From the IMG/VR virus record IMGVR_UViG_3300045049_000079, positions 1 through 64,000 of that record: DNA of 64,000 nt; one strand, written 5' to 3'. The translations under genes were made by a program, and so were the position numbers. This DNA is from a virus. A model generated the notes under the pieces. It made no database searches, had not been told where the DNA came from, and saw only the letters and a list, made by a program, of their open reading frames with translations. Of this stretch, positions 49,929-58,553 are shown in pieces (position 1 is the stretch's first letter; each line of letters starts with the position of its first letter).

Positions 49929-51059
49929 TCATGGTTTCTCCTTCTGGTCGTTGTTTAAAAGTTTAATAAGTTCGTCAGGTATGGATTTTTCAATCTCATC
50001 TTTTACATACGCATTATATTTTCCATAGTGTTGATTAAAACTGAATCTAAGTTTGTTATCCCTCTTCTCGACATAAAGACCAACAGTGCTAGACCTTTCA
50101 CTATTCTTAGTAATTGAATACACTAGATAACTACCTTGCGCAGAGTAATTTGCATAAGAACCTACACAATGACTCATACACGATCCCTCTTCAGCTATAG
50201 CAAATGCATTATCTAACATTGTTGCTGTGTACTCGCCAAGTTGCAAAGTTTTAGGGTTTACATTTGATACCCAAGGAAACACAGTTTTTGGATACCGCAA
50301 CGCATTGATATCCTTTGACATCTGATCGTGTTCTTCTTTCATGCGTCGCGGACTCCATAGAGGATCAAACGCGCGTCGTAGTTGAGACGCCATAGTTTTA
50401 GTGTCTCTTACAAGACGTGATACCTCGTAAATCCTATTCTTATTACTCCACTCACCTTTGTAGTAAGCAGTAAGATGTTGCATTGTAGGCACATCAAATT
50501 GATGAGTATTTTTCAACAGAGTTGTCGGAAACTTGCAATAGTCGGCAAATTGATCTGGCCTAAAATTTTTAGCAAGCACGCGATTTTTATTTGCACTGTT
50601 GTTGGCAATTACTTTCCACGCACCTTTCATGTCCTTTTTTAATTCTTTCGGACTCTTGCACGAGTATGCCACGACAGGCAGAAGATGGAACAGGCCGTCA
50701 TCGTACACCTCTTGCATAGCTTCCTTGCAAGCCCGAATTTTGTGTAAAGCATCTAAGTCGATTCTTCCCGGTCTGAAGCTTGTCTTCACAAGAAGATGAC
50801 GGTATGGCACCACAAATTTTTTATATTCCAACGCCTTGAAGTGTTTGTACATCTTTGTTGGTGCTCGTCCGAACATCTGAGATGCAGCTTTATTGAACTC
50901 TTTCTTTTTGTATGGAAGTGTCACACCATTAGCTTCCGCTACAGCTTCAACCCACTTCTTCCAGTCAGGTGATATACTCGTCCTATAAATTTTCGGGCGA
51001 TCTGTTGACCATTTTCCAATTTTGATTAGCTCTGTTGCCTCTTCCCACTCGATTTGCAC
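49929..51059 (-). CDS. PcfJ-domain protein
   Basis: EEHD...EEGSCMSHCVGSY...QHYGKYN; GTG start with AAGGAG RBS downstream of the promoter. Confidence 0.75.
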   Translation of the reverse strand: MQIEWEEATELIKIGKWSTDRPKIYRTSISPDWKKWVEAVAEANGVTLPYKKKEFNKAASQMFGRAPTKMYKHFKALEYKKFVVPYRHLLVKTSFRPGRIDLDALHKIRACKEAMQEVYDDGLFHLLPVVAYSCKSPKELKKDMKGAWKVIANNSANKNRVLAKNFRPDQFADYCKFPTTLLKNTHQFDVPTMQHLTAYYKGEWSNKNRIYEVSRLVRDTKTMASQLRRAFDPLWSPRRMKEEHDQMSKDINALRYPKTVFPWVSNVNPKTLQLGEYTATMLDNAFAIAEEGSCMSHCVGSYANYSAQGSYLVYSITKNSERSSTVGLYVEKRDNKLRFSFNQHYGKYNAYVKDEIEKSIPDELIKLLNNDQKEKP

Positions 51060-51091
51060 AACTTTCTCCTTGAAATTTGTTGAGTGATCCA

Positions 51092-51163
51092 ATCTTACTC
51101 CCTCAAACTCTGACTGTCAACAACATTCTTAAAATTGACAAGATGTTGTTCCGGGTGTACACT
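51092..51163. promoter_or_regulatory. back-to-back divergent sigma70-like promoters
   Basis: Minus TTGACA-17-TAAGAT (51120-51092); plus TTGACA-17-TACACT (51135-51163). Confidence 0.8.
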
Positions 51164-51195
51164 TTCAACAGTTAAGAATTAATAAGGAGCATAGC

Positions 51196-51564
51196 ATGAG
51201 CGAAGTGGTGCCAGCAAGCCCCAAGCCGCTATTTAGTAAGACACATGAACTGAACAAGCTGGTAAGACAGCTTAAGAAGATTAGCGCTAAAGCTGTAGAA
51301 GTGTTAGAGCAAGGGCTTTCCAGCGAAGATGAACGTGTACGAATGATCGCCGCAGAGAAACTATTGAAGTTCTACATGGATGCTGCTGAGGCTCAGCGGG
51401 CTGATGAAATCAAGGCCATGCTGCTCGATATCAAGGCTAACGGTCTTATTGGTGGCGGTAGCACGACAGAGGATGACAATACGCCAGCGTTGGATTTTGA
51501 CAACATCAACCCTGAGTTTCAAGATGTAGCTGTGGTTGATATGGGCAATGTGAACAAGATTTGA
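51196..51564 (+). CDS. helical protein, candidate terminase small subunit
   Basis: First gene of the morphogenesis arm; AVEVL...DERVRMIAAEKLL helical hairpin. Assignment is positional only. Confidence 0.45.
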   Translation: MSEVVPASPKPLFSKTHELNKLVRQLKKISAKAVEVLEQGLSSEDERVRMIAAEKLLKFYMDAAEAQRADEIKAMLLDIKANGLIGGGSTTEDDNTPALDFDNINPEFQDVAVVDMGNVNKI

Positions 51565-51572
51565 TAAAGTAG

Positions 51573-51601
51573 TTGACAAGATAGGATTGTTATGGCATAA
51601 T
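51573..51601 (+). promoter_or_regulatory. promoter of the ncRNA/tRNA operon
   Basis: TTGACA-17-CATAAT; predicted +1 near 51608. Confidence 0.8.
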
Positions 51602-51607
51602 CTGTTT

Positions 51608-51720
51608 TGTTGGGAATGCGCAGGCTGATGCGCAACTGGCGAGGGTGACACCTGTGAGGGGGGTACTCGTTCGAACTACAAGCATAGGTGTAAAGCCAGA
51701 GTTCAGCACTGGCCCCAACA
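51608..51720 (+). ncRNA. candidate structured RNA with kissing loops
   Basis: Closing stem TGTTGGG/CCCAACA; three internal stems; loop GCTGA complementary to loop TCAGC. Confidence 0.65.
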
Positions 51721-51930
51721 CTTGCACGCACTGACAAACGACTTCATCAGGTGCAGCACACCCTCTCCCGGAAGCTTCGGCATGCCGGTGATGGATTTAG
51801 AGTATGCCTTCAACTCTTACAGAATTGACAATGGCTTCGTAAGAGGCCGTTTTTAATACGACTCCTTCTCAGGTAATGTCCCCTCCTTACAGAGCTTGAG
51901 CGAGTTGAGTCGTACTGAAAACAAAGTTTC

Positions 51931-52004
51931 GCCCCGTTAGTTAAGTGGTATAACGGTTGACTTGTAATCATCTGTCGTCTGTTCGATTCAGTCACGGGGC
52001 ACCA
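51931..52004 (+). tRNA. tRNA-Thr(UGU)
   Basis: Acceptor GCCCCGT/ACGGGGC, anticodon loop CTTGTAA, GTTCGATT T-loop, encoded CCA. Confidence 0.92.
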
Positions 52005-52085
52005 GAGCCTGACCTCTGATGCATGCAGTTTTACTGTATTGCTCAAGTCAAATCCCATGGCACACGGGGAGATAGTGTGCTTTAT

Positions 52086-52164
52086 CTGAGTGTATTGTCA
52101 GTCAGGTCAGACGGCCCGCCTTGGAAGTGGGAGGTCGCTAGTTCGAATCTAGCCACTCAGACCA
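52086..52164 (+). tRNA. tRNA-Pro(UGG)
   Basis: Acceptor CTGAGTG/CACTCAG, loop CTTGGAA, GTTCGAAT, CCA. Confidence 0.92.
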
Positions 52165-52170
52165 AACAAC

Positions 52171-52253
52171 GGAGAAGTGGTGTAATGGTAGCCACGCTGG
52201 TCTTAGAAACCAGTGCCTAGTGCGTGTGAGTTCGAGTCTCACCTTCTCTACCA
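52171..52253 (+). tRNA. tRNA-Leu(UAG)
   Basis: Acceptor GGAGAAG/CTTCTCT, loop CTTAGAA, extended variable arm, CCA. Confidence 0.92.
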
Positions 52254-52259
52254 ATCATA

Positions 52260-52334
52260 GCAGGCAGAGTTTTGTTGGTAAAACATCTTCCTTCCAAGTA
52301 GAAGTCCTCGGTTCGAAACCGTGTGCCTGCTCCA
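52260..52334 (+). tRNA. tRNA-Gly(UCC)
   Basis: Acceptor GCAGGCA/TGCCTGC, loop CTTCCAA, GTTCGAAA, TCCA end. Confidence 0.9.
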
Positions 52335-52439
52335 GAATCCTACTACCTTGGGATTGTTAGCCTTACGGCTGACGAGGCTTTCAAGAGAAGCTAATGAGCA
52401 CGGCGGAATTCCGTGCCACATGAATACAAAGGAGAATAC

Positions 52440-52631
52440 ATGTCAGAAGAAAATAAGAAATCGTATCACTGGGACAGTGGCAAGGGAAGTCGCCCGCGTT
52501 CGTACAGTGTGACACAAGAAGAGTTTGGCAAGAATTGGGATGCTATCTTCGGTAAGAAGGATAAGGTTCCTGAAGAAGAATCTGGTTGCAGTACTGTAGC
52601 ATCGGAGTCACCAGAAGCCGCCGAGGGCTGA
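52440..52631 (+). CDS. small protein in the tRNA region
   Basis: AAGGAG RBS; GKGSRPR...F.KNWDAIFGKK motif. Confidence 0.7.
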   Translation: MSEENKKSYHWDSGKGSRPRSYSVTQEEFGKNWDAIFGKKDKVPEEESGCSTVASESPEAAEG

Positions 52632-52774
52632 TAATTCTCGTAACAAATTTGCTCTAATGGACAAGCTCCGACAGGGCATACCCCGCTTCGGCGGGTTAGT
52701 GGAGAGGGTGGCTACAAGGTCACTAAAGCTCACAGGCATGGTTGAGTGGCGCTGTGACACCGAATAATTTAGGA

Positions 52775-52810
52775 GGCTGCACGGCAGGGATGCTGTGTGG
52801 CTTTTTGTTG
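52775..52810 (+). terminator. intrinsic terminator
   Basis: GGCTGCACGGCA-GGGA-TGCTGTGTGGCT followed by a T run. Confidence 0.75.
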
Positions 52811-52903
52811 TTTCAAGTTTTGTGGCGAACGGATTAGCTATCCTTCTTGGGCTGTACTCTCGAGATAGTCACACTTATTTAACCTAGTACAGAGGACGAT
52901 TCA

Positions 52904-54145
52904 ATGGGCATCAGTAAGCCTTCCATTTTTGTTGGTGACATCTTCGACACTAAGAACTACGGCAAAGTAGAAATTTTAGAGTACGTCAAGTCGACGGATA
53001 TCACAGTAAAGTTCTTGAACACTGGAAGCATCCAGAAGACTAATTCATCGCAAGTTAAGAACGGCATTTTGAAAGATAAGACCGTTCGGTTGTACGGTGT
53101 GAAGGTGGGCGAGGTGTTTGACACCAGTCACTGTGGGAAATGTGAGGTTGTAGAGTACATCCACGCCAAAAAGATTCTTGTTAAATTCTACGAGAGCGGA
53201 AAACTCAAGTGGACAAACTCCTCACAACTTAGTTCAGGAACGGCGTCCGACATTGATCCTTGTGACAGGGTATCGTTGGGAGACATCTTTGAGAACACTG
53301 ATGGTTTTAAGGCAGAAGTGACGGCTTTGCACTCGGGGTCACGCTTCGACGTGCGGTTCGAGGACGGTACTGTTAAGAATGTCAGCATCACAGCGCTTAA
53401 GAGTGGGAAGTTCTTGAAGGGTACATGGAACTATAGCCAAGATGAAGCTATCGAGGCCATGAAGGTGGTTCACGGTGATCGCTATGACTATAGTCTTGTT
53501 GAGTTTAAGGATGTTAAAAGCAAGGTGAAAGTCCGTTGCTACACTCATGGTATCTTCCAAATATCCTTTGACAATCACGTCAATTCTGCACATGGTGCTC
53601 ATCCGTCAGGGTGCAGAAAGTGCGCCATCGAAGCACGTGCAAAAGCTAAGACACTCGATGCAAGTCTGTTTGTAGAAGAGGCAATTGCACTAAACGGCGA
53701 CAGGTATACGTATAACATGTTTGACTATACCACACGAGACAAGAAGATTCAGATTACCTGCAATGACTGTGGTAGTACGTTTAAGCAATCTCCAGAAAAA
53801 CATCTTGGAGGAAGAGGGTGTCCTTCCTGCGCTAAAACAGGTTTCGACCAGACGAAGCCGGGTGTTGTGTACGTACTTTCGTGCGAAAACCTTACCAAGA
53901 TCGGCATCACTAACAAGAAAGCAGAATCCCGAGCCAAAGATATCAGCACGTCGTATGGTAAAGATTTTACCGTTATACGCGAGTTTCCTATGAGTGGCAC
54001 ACTATGCGCCGCCTTAGAGCGGGCAATGCTTACATATTTGAAGAAGAATTATGAAAGGCCATCAACAAAGTTCAACGGGTATTCGGAATGTTTTCTTGGG
54101 TTGAGGCCGGATGACCTAGTGGAGATGTTGGAGTGTCTAACGTAA
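52904..54145 (+). CDS. putative homing endonuclease upstream of terL
   Basis: Three N-terminal VG(D/E)xF...V.F..G repeats; VHGDRYDY/Zn repeats; GCPSCAKTGFD..KPG.VY...KIGIT nuclease domain. Confidence 0.8.
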   Translation: MGISKPSIFVGDIFDTKNYGKVEILEYVKSTDITVKFLNTGSIQKTNSSQVKNGILKDKTVRLYGVKVGEVFDTSHCGKCEVVEYIHAKKILVKFYESGKLKWTNSSQLSSGTASDIDPCDRVSLGDIFENTDGFKAEVTALHSGSRFDVRFEDGTVKNVSITALKSGKFLKGTWNYSQDEAIEAMKVVHGDRYDYSLVEFKDVKSKVKVRCYTHGIFQISFDNHVNSAHGAHPSGCRKCAIEARAKAKTLDASLFVEEAIALNGDRYTYNMFDYTTRDKKIQITCNDCGSTFKQSPEKHLGGRGCPSCAKTGFDQTKPGVVYVLSCENLTKIGITNKKAESRAKDISTSYGKDFTVIREFPMSGTLCAALERAMLTYLKKNYERPSTKFNGYSECFLGLRPDDLVEMLECLT

Positions 54146-55569
54146 AAAAAGATAAAAAGCCAAAGTTCCAGCCTTGCAGCGAAAAGCAACGGCTGGTTTT
54201 GAAAGAAAATGAAGTAGATCTGTTCCTCACAGGAGGAGGCGCGGGAAGCGGAAAAAGTTTCCTTTCGTTGCTCAAGGCCGCAGGGGTTATACAAGACAAG
54301 AACGCTAAAGTGATGATCCTCCGTCTCACTTATCCAATGCTGAAAGACCTTATCAGCGCATCAAAACAAATTTACCCTCACTTTGGGGGTGTTTGGAAGG
54401 CACAAGCCCGTACATGGGTATTTGCCAACGGCGCGGAAATCGACTTTAAAGCAATGCCGAAAGATTTGCTTGAGGTACAGGGTTGGGAACGCACGCATTT
54501 TATCATCGACGAAGCGGCGGAGTGGCAGCAAGATCAAGTTCTAGCTGTACTTTCTCGTCTACGCAGTGCAACATATACTGGCAAAAAAAGTCTTATGATG
54601 TCCTGCAACCCGTCCAAAACTAGCTGGTTACGTCCTGTGGTAGATTACTCTCTAGATTCGGAGGGCGTACCTTTGCCGGGAACTGAACACAGAGTTCGTT
54701 ATTTTGTTGTGCAGAATTCCCACTTTAAATGGGCAGATTCCGAAGAAGAGTTGTATGAGAAATACGGTCAAGGTTTGGAGCGAGGTAAAGAGTTCGTCGC
54801 CTTGAAATTTAAATTCTGCCCGATGACGTGCTATGACAATCCAGCCTTGTTGAAAACTGACCCTGGATATGTTGGTCGTCTTCTTTCCCAGCCTCGCGTT
54901 AACCAATTGCGACTACTTTATGGGTCATGGGACGCGGAGGTGCTTGGAAGCTCGATGGTGCGGGAGGACATGTTTGAAATAGTAGAGCATCCACCAATTA
55001 ATCCGGTTGCCAAATTTAGGGCATGGGACTTGGCAAGTTCTGTGCCGAACGAAGCTAACGGTTTTAAATGCGACTGGACGGCTGGTGTACTGATGTCAAA
55101 AGACGCACTTGGGAATTTCTACATCGAAGATGTTGTTAGGTTCCAAAAGCAGATTGATGGTGTGCTGAAGGGTATTAAAGATACCGCATACAAAGACGGG
55201 CTGGATGTTACGCAAATTGTACCATGTGATCCGGGACAGGCCGGAAAGGTGGCGAATAAATTTTATGTGACTTTTTTAGCGTCTCACGGTATTAGCGTAA
55301 AAACTGAAGGTGTGAACCCGCATAGTAATAAAGTAACACGTTTTAATCCCTTCGCGAGTGTTGCTAACAACAACAGTGTAAAAATTGTAAGAGGAGACTG
55401 GAATAGAGACTGGTTTGACGAAGTTTGCTTTTTCTCTGGAGAAAGAAAAAATGTCGATGACCAAGTTGACGCCACAAGCTCGGCATTCAACCATCTTGCA
55501 CGTCAAACTGTTATGCCCGTGTTCTCATTGTCCGTTTTTACACAACCCTCACCAATCCCCTCCCTATAA
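54133..55569 (+). CDS. terL: terminase large subunit
   Basis: Walker A GGGAGSGKS, Walker B FIIDEA, SCNP; nuclease RAWDLA...DWTAG...DDQVDA. Confidence 0.96.
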   Translation: MSNVKKDKKPKFQPCSEKQRLVLKENEVDLFLTGGGAGSGKSFLSLLKAAGVIQDKNAKVMILRLTYPMLKDLISASKQIYPHFGGVWKAQARTWVFANGAEIDFKAMPKDLLEVQGWERTHFIIDEAAEWQQDQVLAVLSRLRSATYTGKKSLMMSCNPSKTSWLRPVVDYSLDSEGVPLPGTEHRVRYFVVQNSHFKWADSEEELYEKYGQGLERGKEFVALKFKFCPMTCYDNPALLKTDPGYVGRLLSQPRVNQLRLLYGSWDAEVLGSSMVREDMFEIVEHPPINPVAKFRAWDLASSVPNEANGFKCDWTAGVLMSKDALGNFYIEDVVRFQKQIDGVLKGIKDTAYKDGLDVTQIVPCDPGQAGKVANKFYVTFLASHGISVKTEGVNPHSNKVTRFNPFASVANNNSVKIVRGDWNRDWFDEVCFFSGERKNVDDQVDATSSAFNHLARQTVMPVFSLSVFTQPSPIPSL

Positions 55570-55600
55570 TATCACAACAAAACGGATAATGGCACAATAA

Positions 55601-55629
55601 TTGACAAGATTGTTACCTCATGTTATTAT
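55601..55629 (+). promoter_or_regulatory. promoter upstream of portal
   Basis: TTGACA-17-TATTAT, flanked by the 11-bp inverted repeat AAACGGATAAT/ATTATCCGTTT. Confidence 0.7.
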
Positions 55630-55657
55630 CCGTTTCAGTAAATAAAAAGGAGCACTA

Positions 55658-57145
55658 ATGGCAGCTAAAAAGCCAAAAGACAATTCGGCTGCTGCTCTAG
55701 CGGCTGATGACGGCCAAGCCGTGCCTCGCATTTCCCTCGGAGAAAGTGGCTTCGTCGGCCTCCGTACGATTTGGGGGAAAGTTATCGATGATCCGCAGAG
55801 AGCGTTTCATTGGCCTAACTTCTATCGCACCGTACGGGACATGATGAACGACGCAGTTATTGCGTCCGCCTTCAATACCTACCGAATGCTTCTCTCCCGT
55901 GTCACATGGGATGTGCAGCCCCCTGTAGACGCCACAGAACAAGAAAAAGAACGCGCAGCATTTATTAAATCCTGCATGGATGACATGGACAGCCTCACTT
56001 GGGCAGAGTTCTTGTCTGACGTGATTACATATCTCCCGTATGGTTTTTCCGTGCAAGAGAAAGTCTATCGCCGCCGCCTCTACAAAAACGGCTCGCGCTT
56101 CAACGACGGCCTCGTGGGCTTGCGCAAGCTTTCCCCTCGTGGACAAGACACTATCATTCGCTGGACATTCTCTGAGGATGGGCGCGAACTGCTTGGCTGC
56201 GAACAATCCATTGCCAATCTTGAACACGGCGCGATGTTCATGGATCAAGCTAATGAGCATGGTCTGATTCCTATTAAGCGTGAAAAGTTCCTGCTGTTCC
56301 GTGCAGACCCTACAAAGGGCGATCCGACAGGCAATTCAATCCTGAAGGGGGCATACAAAGCTTGGAAGCAGATGGACATGTTGCGCGACCAAGAACTTCT
56401 TGGCGTTGCTAAAGAATCTAATGGTCTTCCTGTCATCAAGCTCCCGCCTGAATATATGGCAGCAGATGCACCAGACGATATGAAGGCTGTGTACGCCGCT
56501 TGTCAGAAGCTGCTTGATACGATTCAAGCGGGCACTAACAAGGGCATCATCTTCCCTCGCCGCATTGATGAGACAAGCAAAGCTGATCTTTTCGACCTGA
56601 GTTTGCTTGAGAAGAAGGGTATCAACGGAGCTAACATCGATGCTGTTATCAAGCGATATCACAGCGAAATCTACTCTGCACTTGGCGTTGACATCCTTAA
56701 AGAAGTCACAGAAATTGGCTCCTTCAGCCTTGCTGATTCTGATACCAATCTTGTGTCTCTTATGATGAGCCATCGTCTTAACGAGATTGCTGATGTTCTC
56801 AACAACGACCTTATCCCGCAGTTATTTAGTTTGAATGGCTGGAGTCTGGAACGTCTGCCTAAATTTGTTCATGGTGATATCTCTGAAATGTCTGCTGATG
56901 AACTTGGCAAGCTCCTGCAACGCACTGGCTCGATTGGTTTGATTGCTAAGGACATCGCTACGGTTAATCGTCTGCGTAAAGCTTATGGTGTTACTGAGCT
57001 TCCTGATGATACTAAGATTGATGACATTGAGTTTACGATGGAATCTAGTAACTCTGGCGAAGGCATGCAAACACCCTACGATGGAACCGCGAAGAAGCCT
57101 ACAAAGAAAGATAGTAGCACAGGTAACAATGAAAATGCCGCATAA
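55658..57145 (+). CDS. portal protein (DUF935-like)
   Basis: Position after terL; YGFSVQEKVY, P.G.S.L..AY..W, LN.DLIPQL..LNG motifs. Confidence 0.9.
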   Translation: MAAKKPKDNSAAALAADDGQAVPRISLGESGFVGLRTIWGKVIDDPQRAFHWPNFYRTVRDMMNDAVIASAFNTYRMLLSRVTWDVQPPVDATEQEKERAAFIKSCMDDMDSLTWAEFLSDVITYLPYGFSVQEKVYRRRLYKNGSRFNDGLVGLRKLSPRGQDTIIRWTFSEDGRELLGCEQSIANLEHGAMFMDQANEHGLIPIKREKFLLFRADPTKGDPTGNSILKGAYKAWKQMDMLRDQELLGVAKESNGLPVIKLPPEYMAADAPDDMKAVYAACQKLLDTIQAGTNKGIIFPRRIDETSKADLFDLSLLEKKGINGANIDAVIKRYHSEIYSALGVDILKEVTEIGSFSLADSDTNLVSLMMSHRLNEIADVLNNDLIPQLFSLNGWSLERLPKFVHGDISEMSADELGKLLQRTGSIGLIAKDIATVNRLRKAYGVTELPDDTKIDDIEFTMESSNSGEGMQTPYDGTAKKPTKKDSSTGNNENAA

Positions 57146-57153
57146 AGGACAAT

Positions 57154-57990
57154 ATGAACAAACATAAACTTCTGCGGCTTACCGCTTCTTTGCGCAACCG
57201 TCCGCATCTTATCTCGAAAGAGGCATTCCAAGAAATCGAAACAGTGCTTGACGCTCGTAACGCCGGAATGCTCACACTTCCGCAAGAGCCACAACCAGAG
57301 GACGACGAAGACGAACTCAGCACTGCTGGAGACATTGGTGTTATCTCGATTCGTGGACCTCTTACCTACCGCACGACTGGTTGGGAAGGTTTGTGCGGAG
57401 GCTTCTCCTACGAGATGCTTCTCGACCAAGCAGAAGACATGATAGAAGCTGGCGTTAAGGACATTGTGCTTGATGTTGATTCTGGTGGGGGCGAAGCATA
57501 CGGTTGCTTTGAGGTAACAGATGAACTCCGTAAGATGTGTGATGCTGCTGGTGTGAGGCTGACTGGCTACATCGACGGTTCTGCATGTTCTGCTGCTTAC
57601 GCAATCATCTGCGCTTGCGACGAAGTGGTTATCAACCCTTTCGCACAGGCAGGCAGCATTGGCGTCCTCATTGCCCTCTACAACGATAGCAAAGCGCTTG
57701 AGCAAGCTGGTATCCAGCGTACGTTCGTTACGGATGGTACTGACAAAGTTCCTTTCGCTGATGACGGCTCGTGGCGCGAAGGTTTCCTTGCAGACTTGCA
57801 AGCGCGTGTTGCAGAACTTGGCGATGCCTTCCGTGCTCATGTGTCTAAGTACACCGGTTTGTCTGTGAAGGATATCAAGGATACGCAAGCACGAGTGTAC
57901 AGCGCACAAGATGCCCTGTCAATCGGTTTGGTCAACAAAATTATGACTCGCTCAGATTTCGTGGATTACATCACTAACGAAAAGGATTAA
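57154..57990 (+). CDS. prohead protease, S49 family
   Basis: LDVDSGGGEA, ACSAAY, GSIGV, A..ALSIGLVNKI. Confidence 0.92.
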   Translation: MNKHKLLRLTASLRNRPHLISKEAFQEIETVLDARNAGMLTLPQEPQPEDDEDELSTAGDIGVISIRGPLTYRTTGWEGLCGGFSYEMLLDQAEDMIEAGVKDIVLDVDSGGGEAYGCFEVTDELRKMCDAAGVRLTGYIDGSACSAAYAIICACDEVVINPFAQAGSIGVLIALYNDSKALEQAGIQRTFVTDGTDKVPFADDGSWREGFLADLQARVAELGDAFRAHVSKYTGLSVKDIKDTQARVYSAQDALSIGLVNKIMTRSDFVDYITNEKD

Positions 57991-57992
57991 AG

Positions 57993-58553
57993 ATGCTGGA
58001 CGCACTTAAGAAGAAGTTGGGCATTAAGCCTGTAACCCCGGAGGCTTCGCAAGAAGTCACAACTACAGGCGCTCTGCCTGAACAAGAAAAGGAAGAAACG
58101 ATGAGTGTAGAACAGACTCAAGGAATTGAGCTTGCTGCGCACGAAGCCATCGTAGCTCAACTTGCTGAACTTACTGCTGAACTGGCAGAGGTTAAAGCTG
58201 GCGCTGAAGCTATGAAAGCCGAGTACGAAGAAAAACTGTCGGCATATGCTGCTGCTGAAGCACAAGCAAAAGCTGATGCGCTGGCTGCAAAAATGAATGC
58301 ACGCAAAGAAAAAGCGGAAGCTGCTATGGGCACCGAGAAAGCTGTTGCGTTTATGGCTGCTACTGAACAAATGGACGAATCGCAGTTTGAGTCGTTCCTT
58401 GCAATTTTCAACACCAATGCTACTGCCGAGGCAAAGAGTGAGATGTTCCAAGAAGTCGGCGTTGAGACTAAGGCAGACGCTAAAGAGGAGCCGAAAGTCG
58501 AACATTTTAATAAATATATCCCTAAGAAATCCGCTAAGAAGGAATCGAAATAA
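57993..58553 (+). CDS. scaffolding protein
   Basis: Ala/Glu-rich coiled coil between protease and decoration gene. Confidence 0.7.
   Translation: MLDALKKKLGIKPVTPEASQEVTTTGALPEQEKEETMSVEQTQGIELAAHEAIVAQLAELTAELAEVKAGAEAMKAEYEEKLSAYAAAEAQAKADALAAKMNARKEKAEAAMGTEKAVAFMAATEQMDESQFESFLAIFNTNATAEAKSEMFQEVGVETKADAKEEPKVEHFNKYIPKKSAKKESK

Noticed and set aside
51617-51640. Hammerhead ribozyme suggested by CTGATG
   Set aside because: The core needs CUGANGA and GAAA in junctions; here it is CTGATGC within a hairpin.
52005-52085. Theta/HDV-like ribozyme after tRNA-Thr (GAGC/GCTC and TGAC/GTCA pairings)
   Set aside because: Only 4-bp helices, and no convincing P3/P1.1/J4-2 arrangement.
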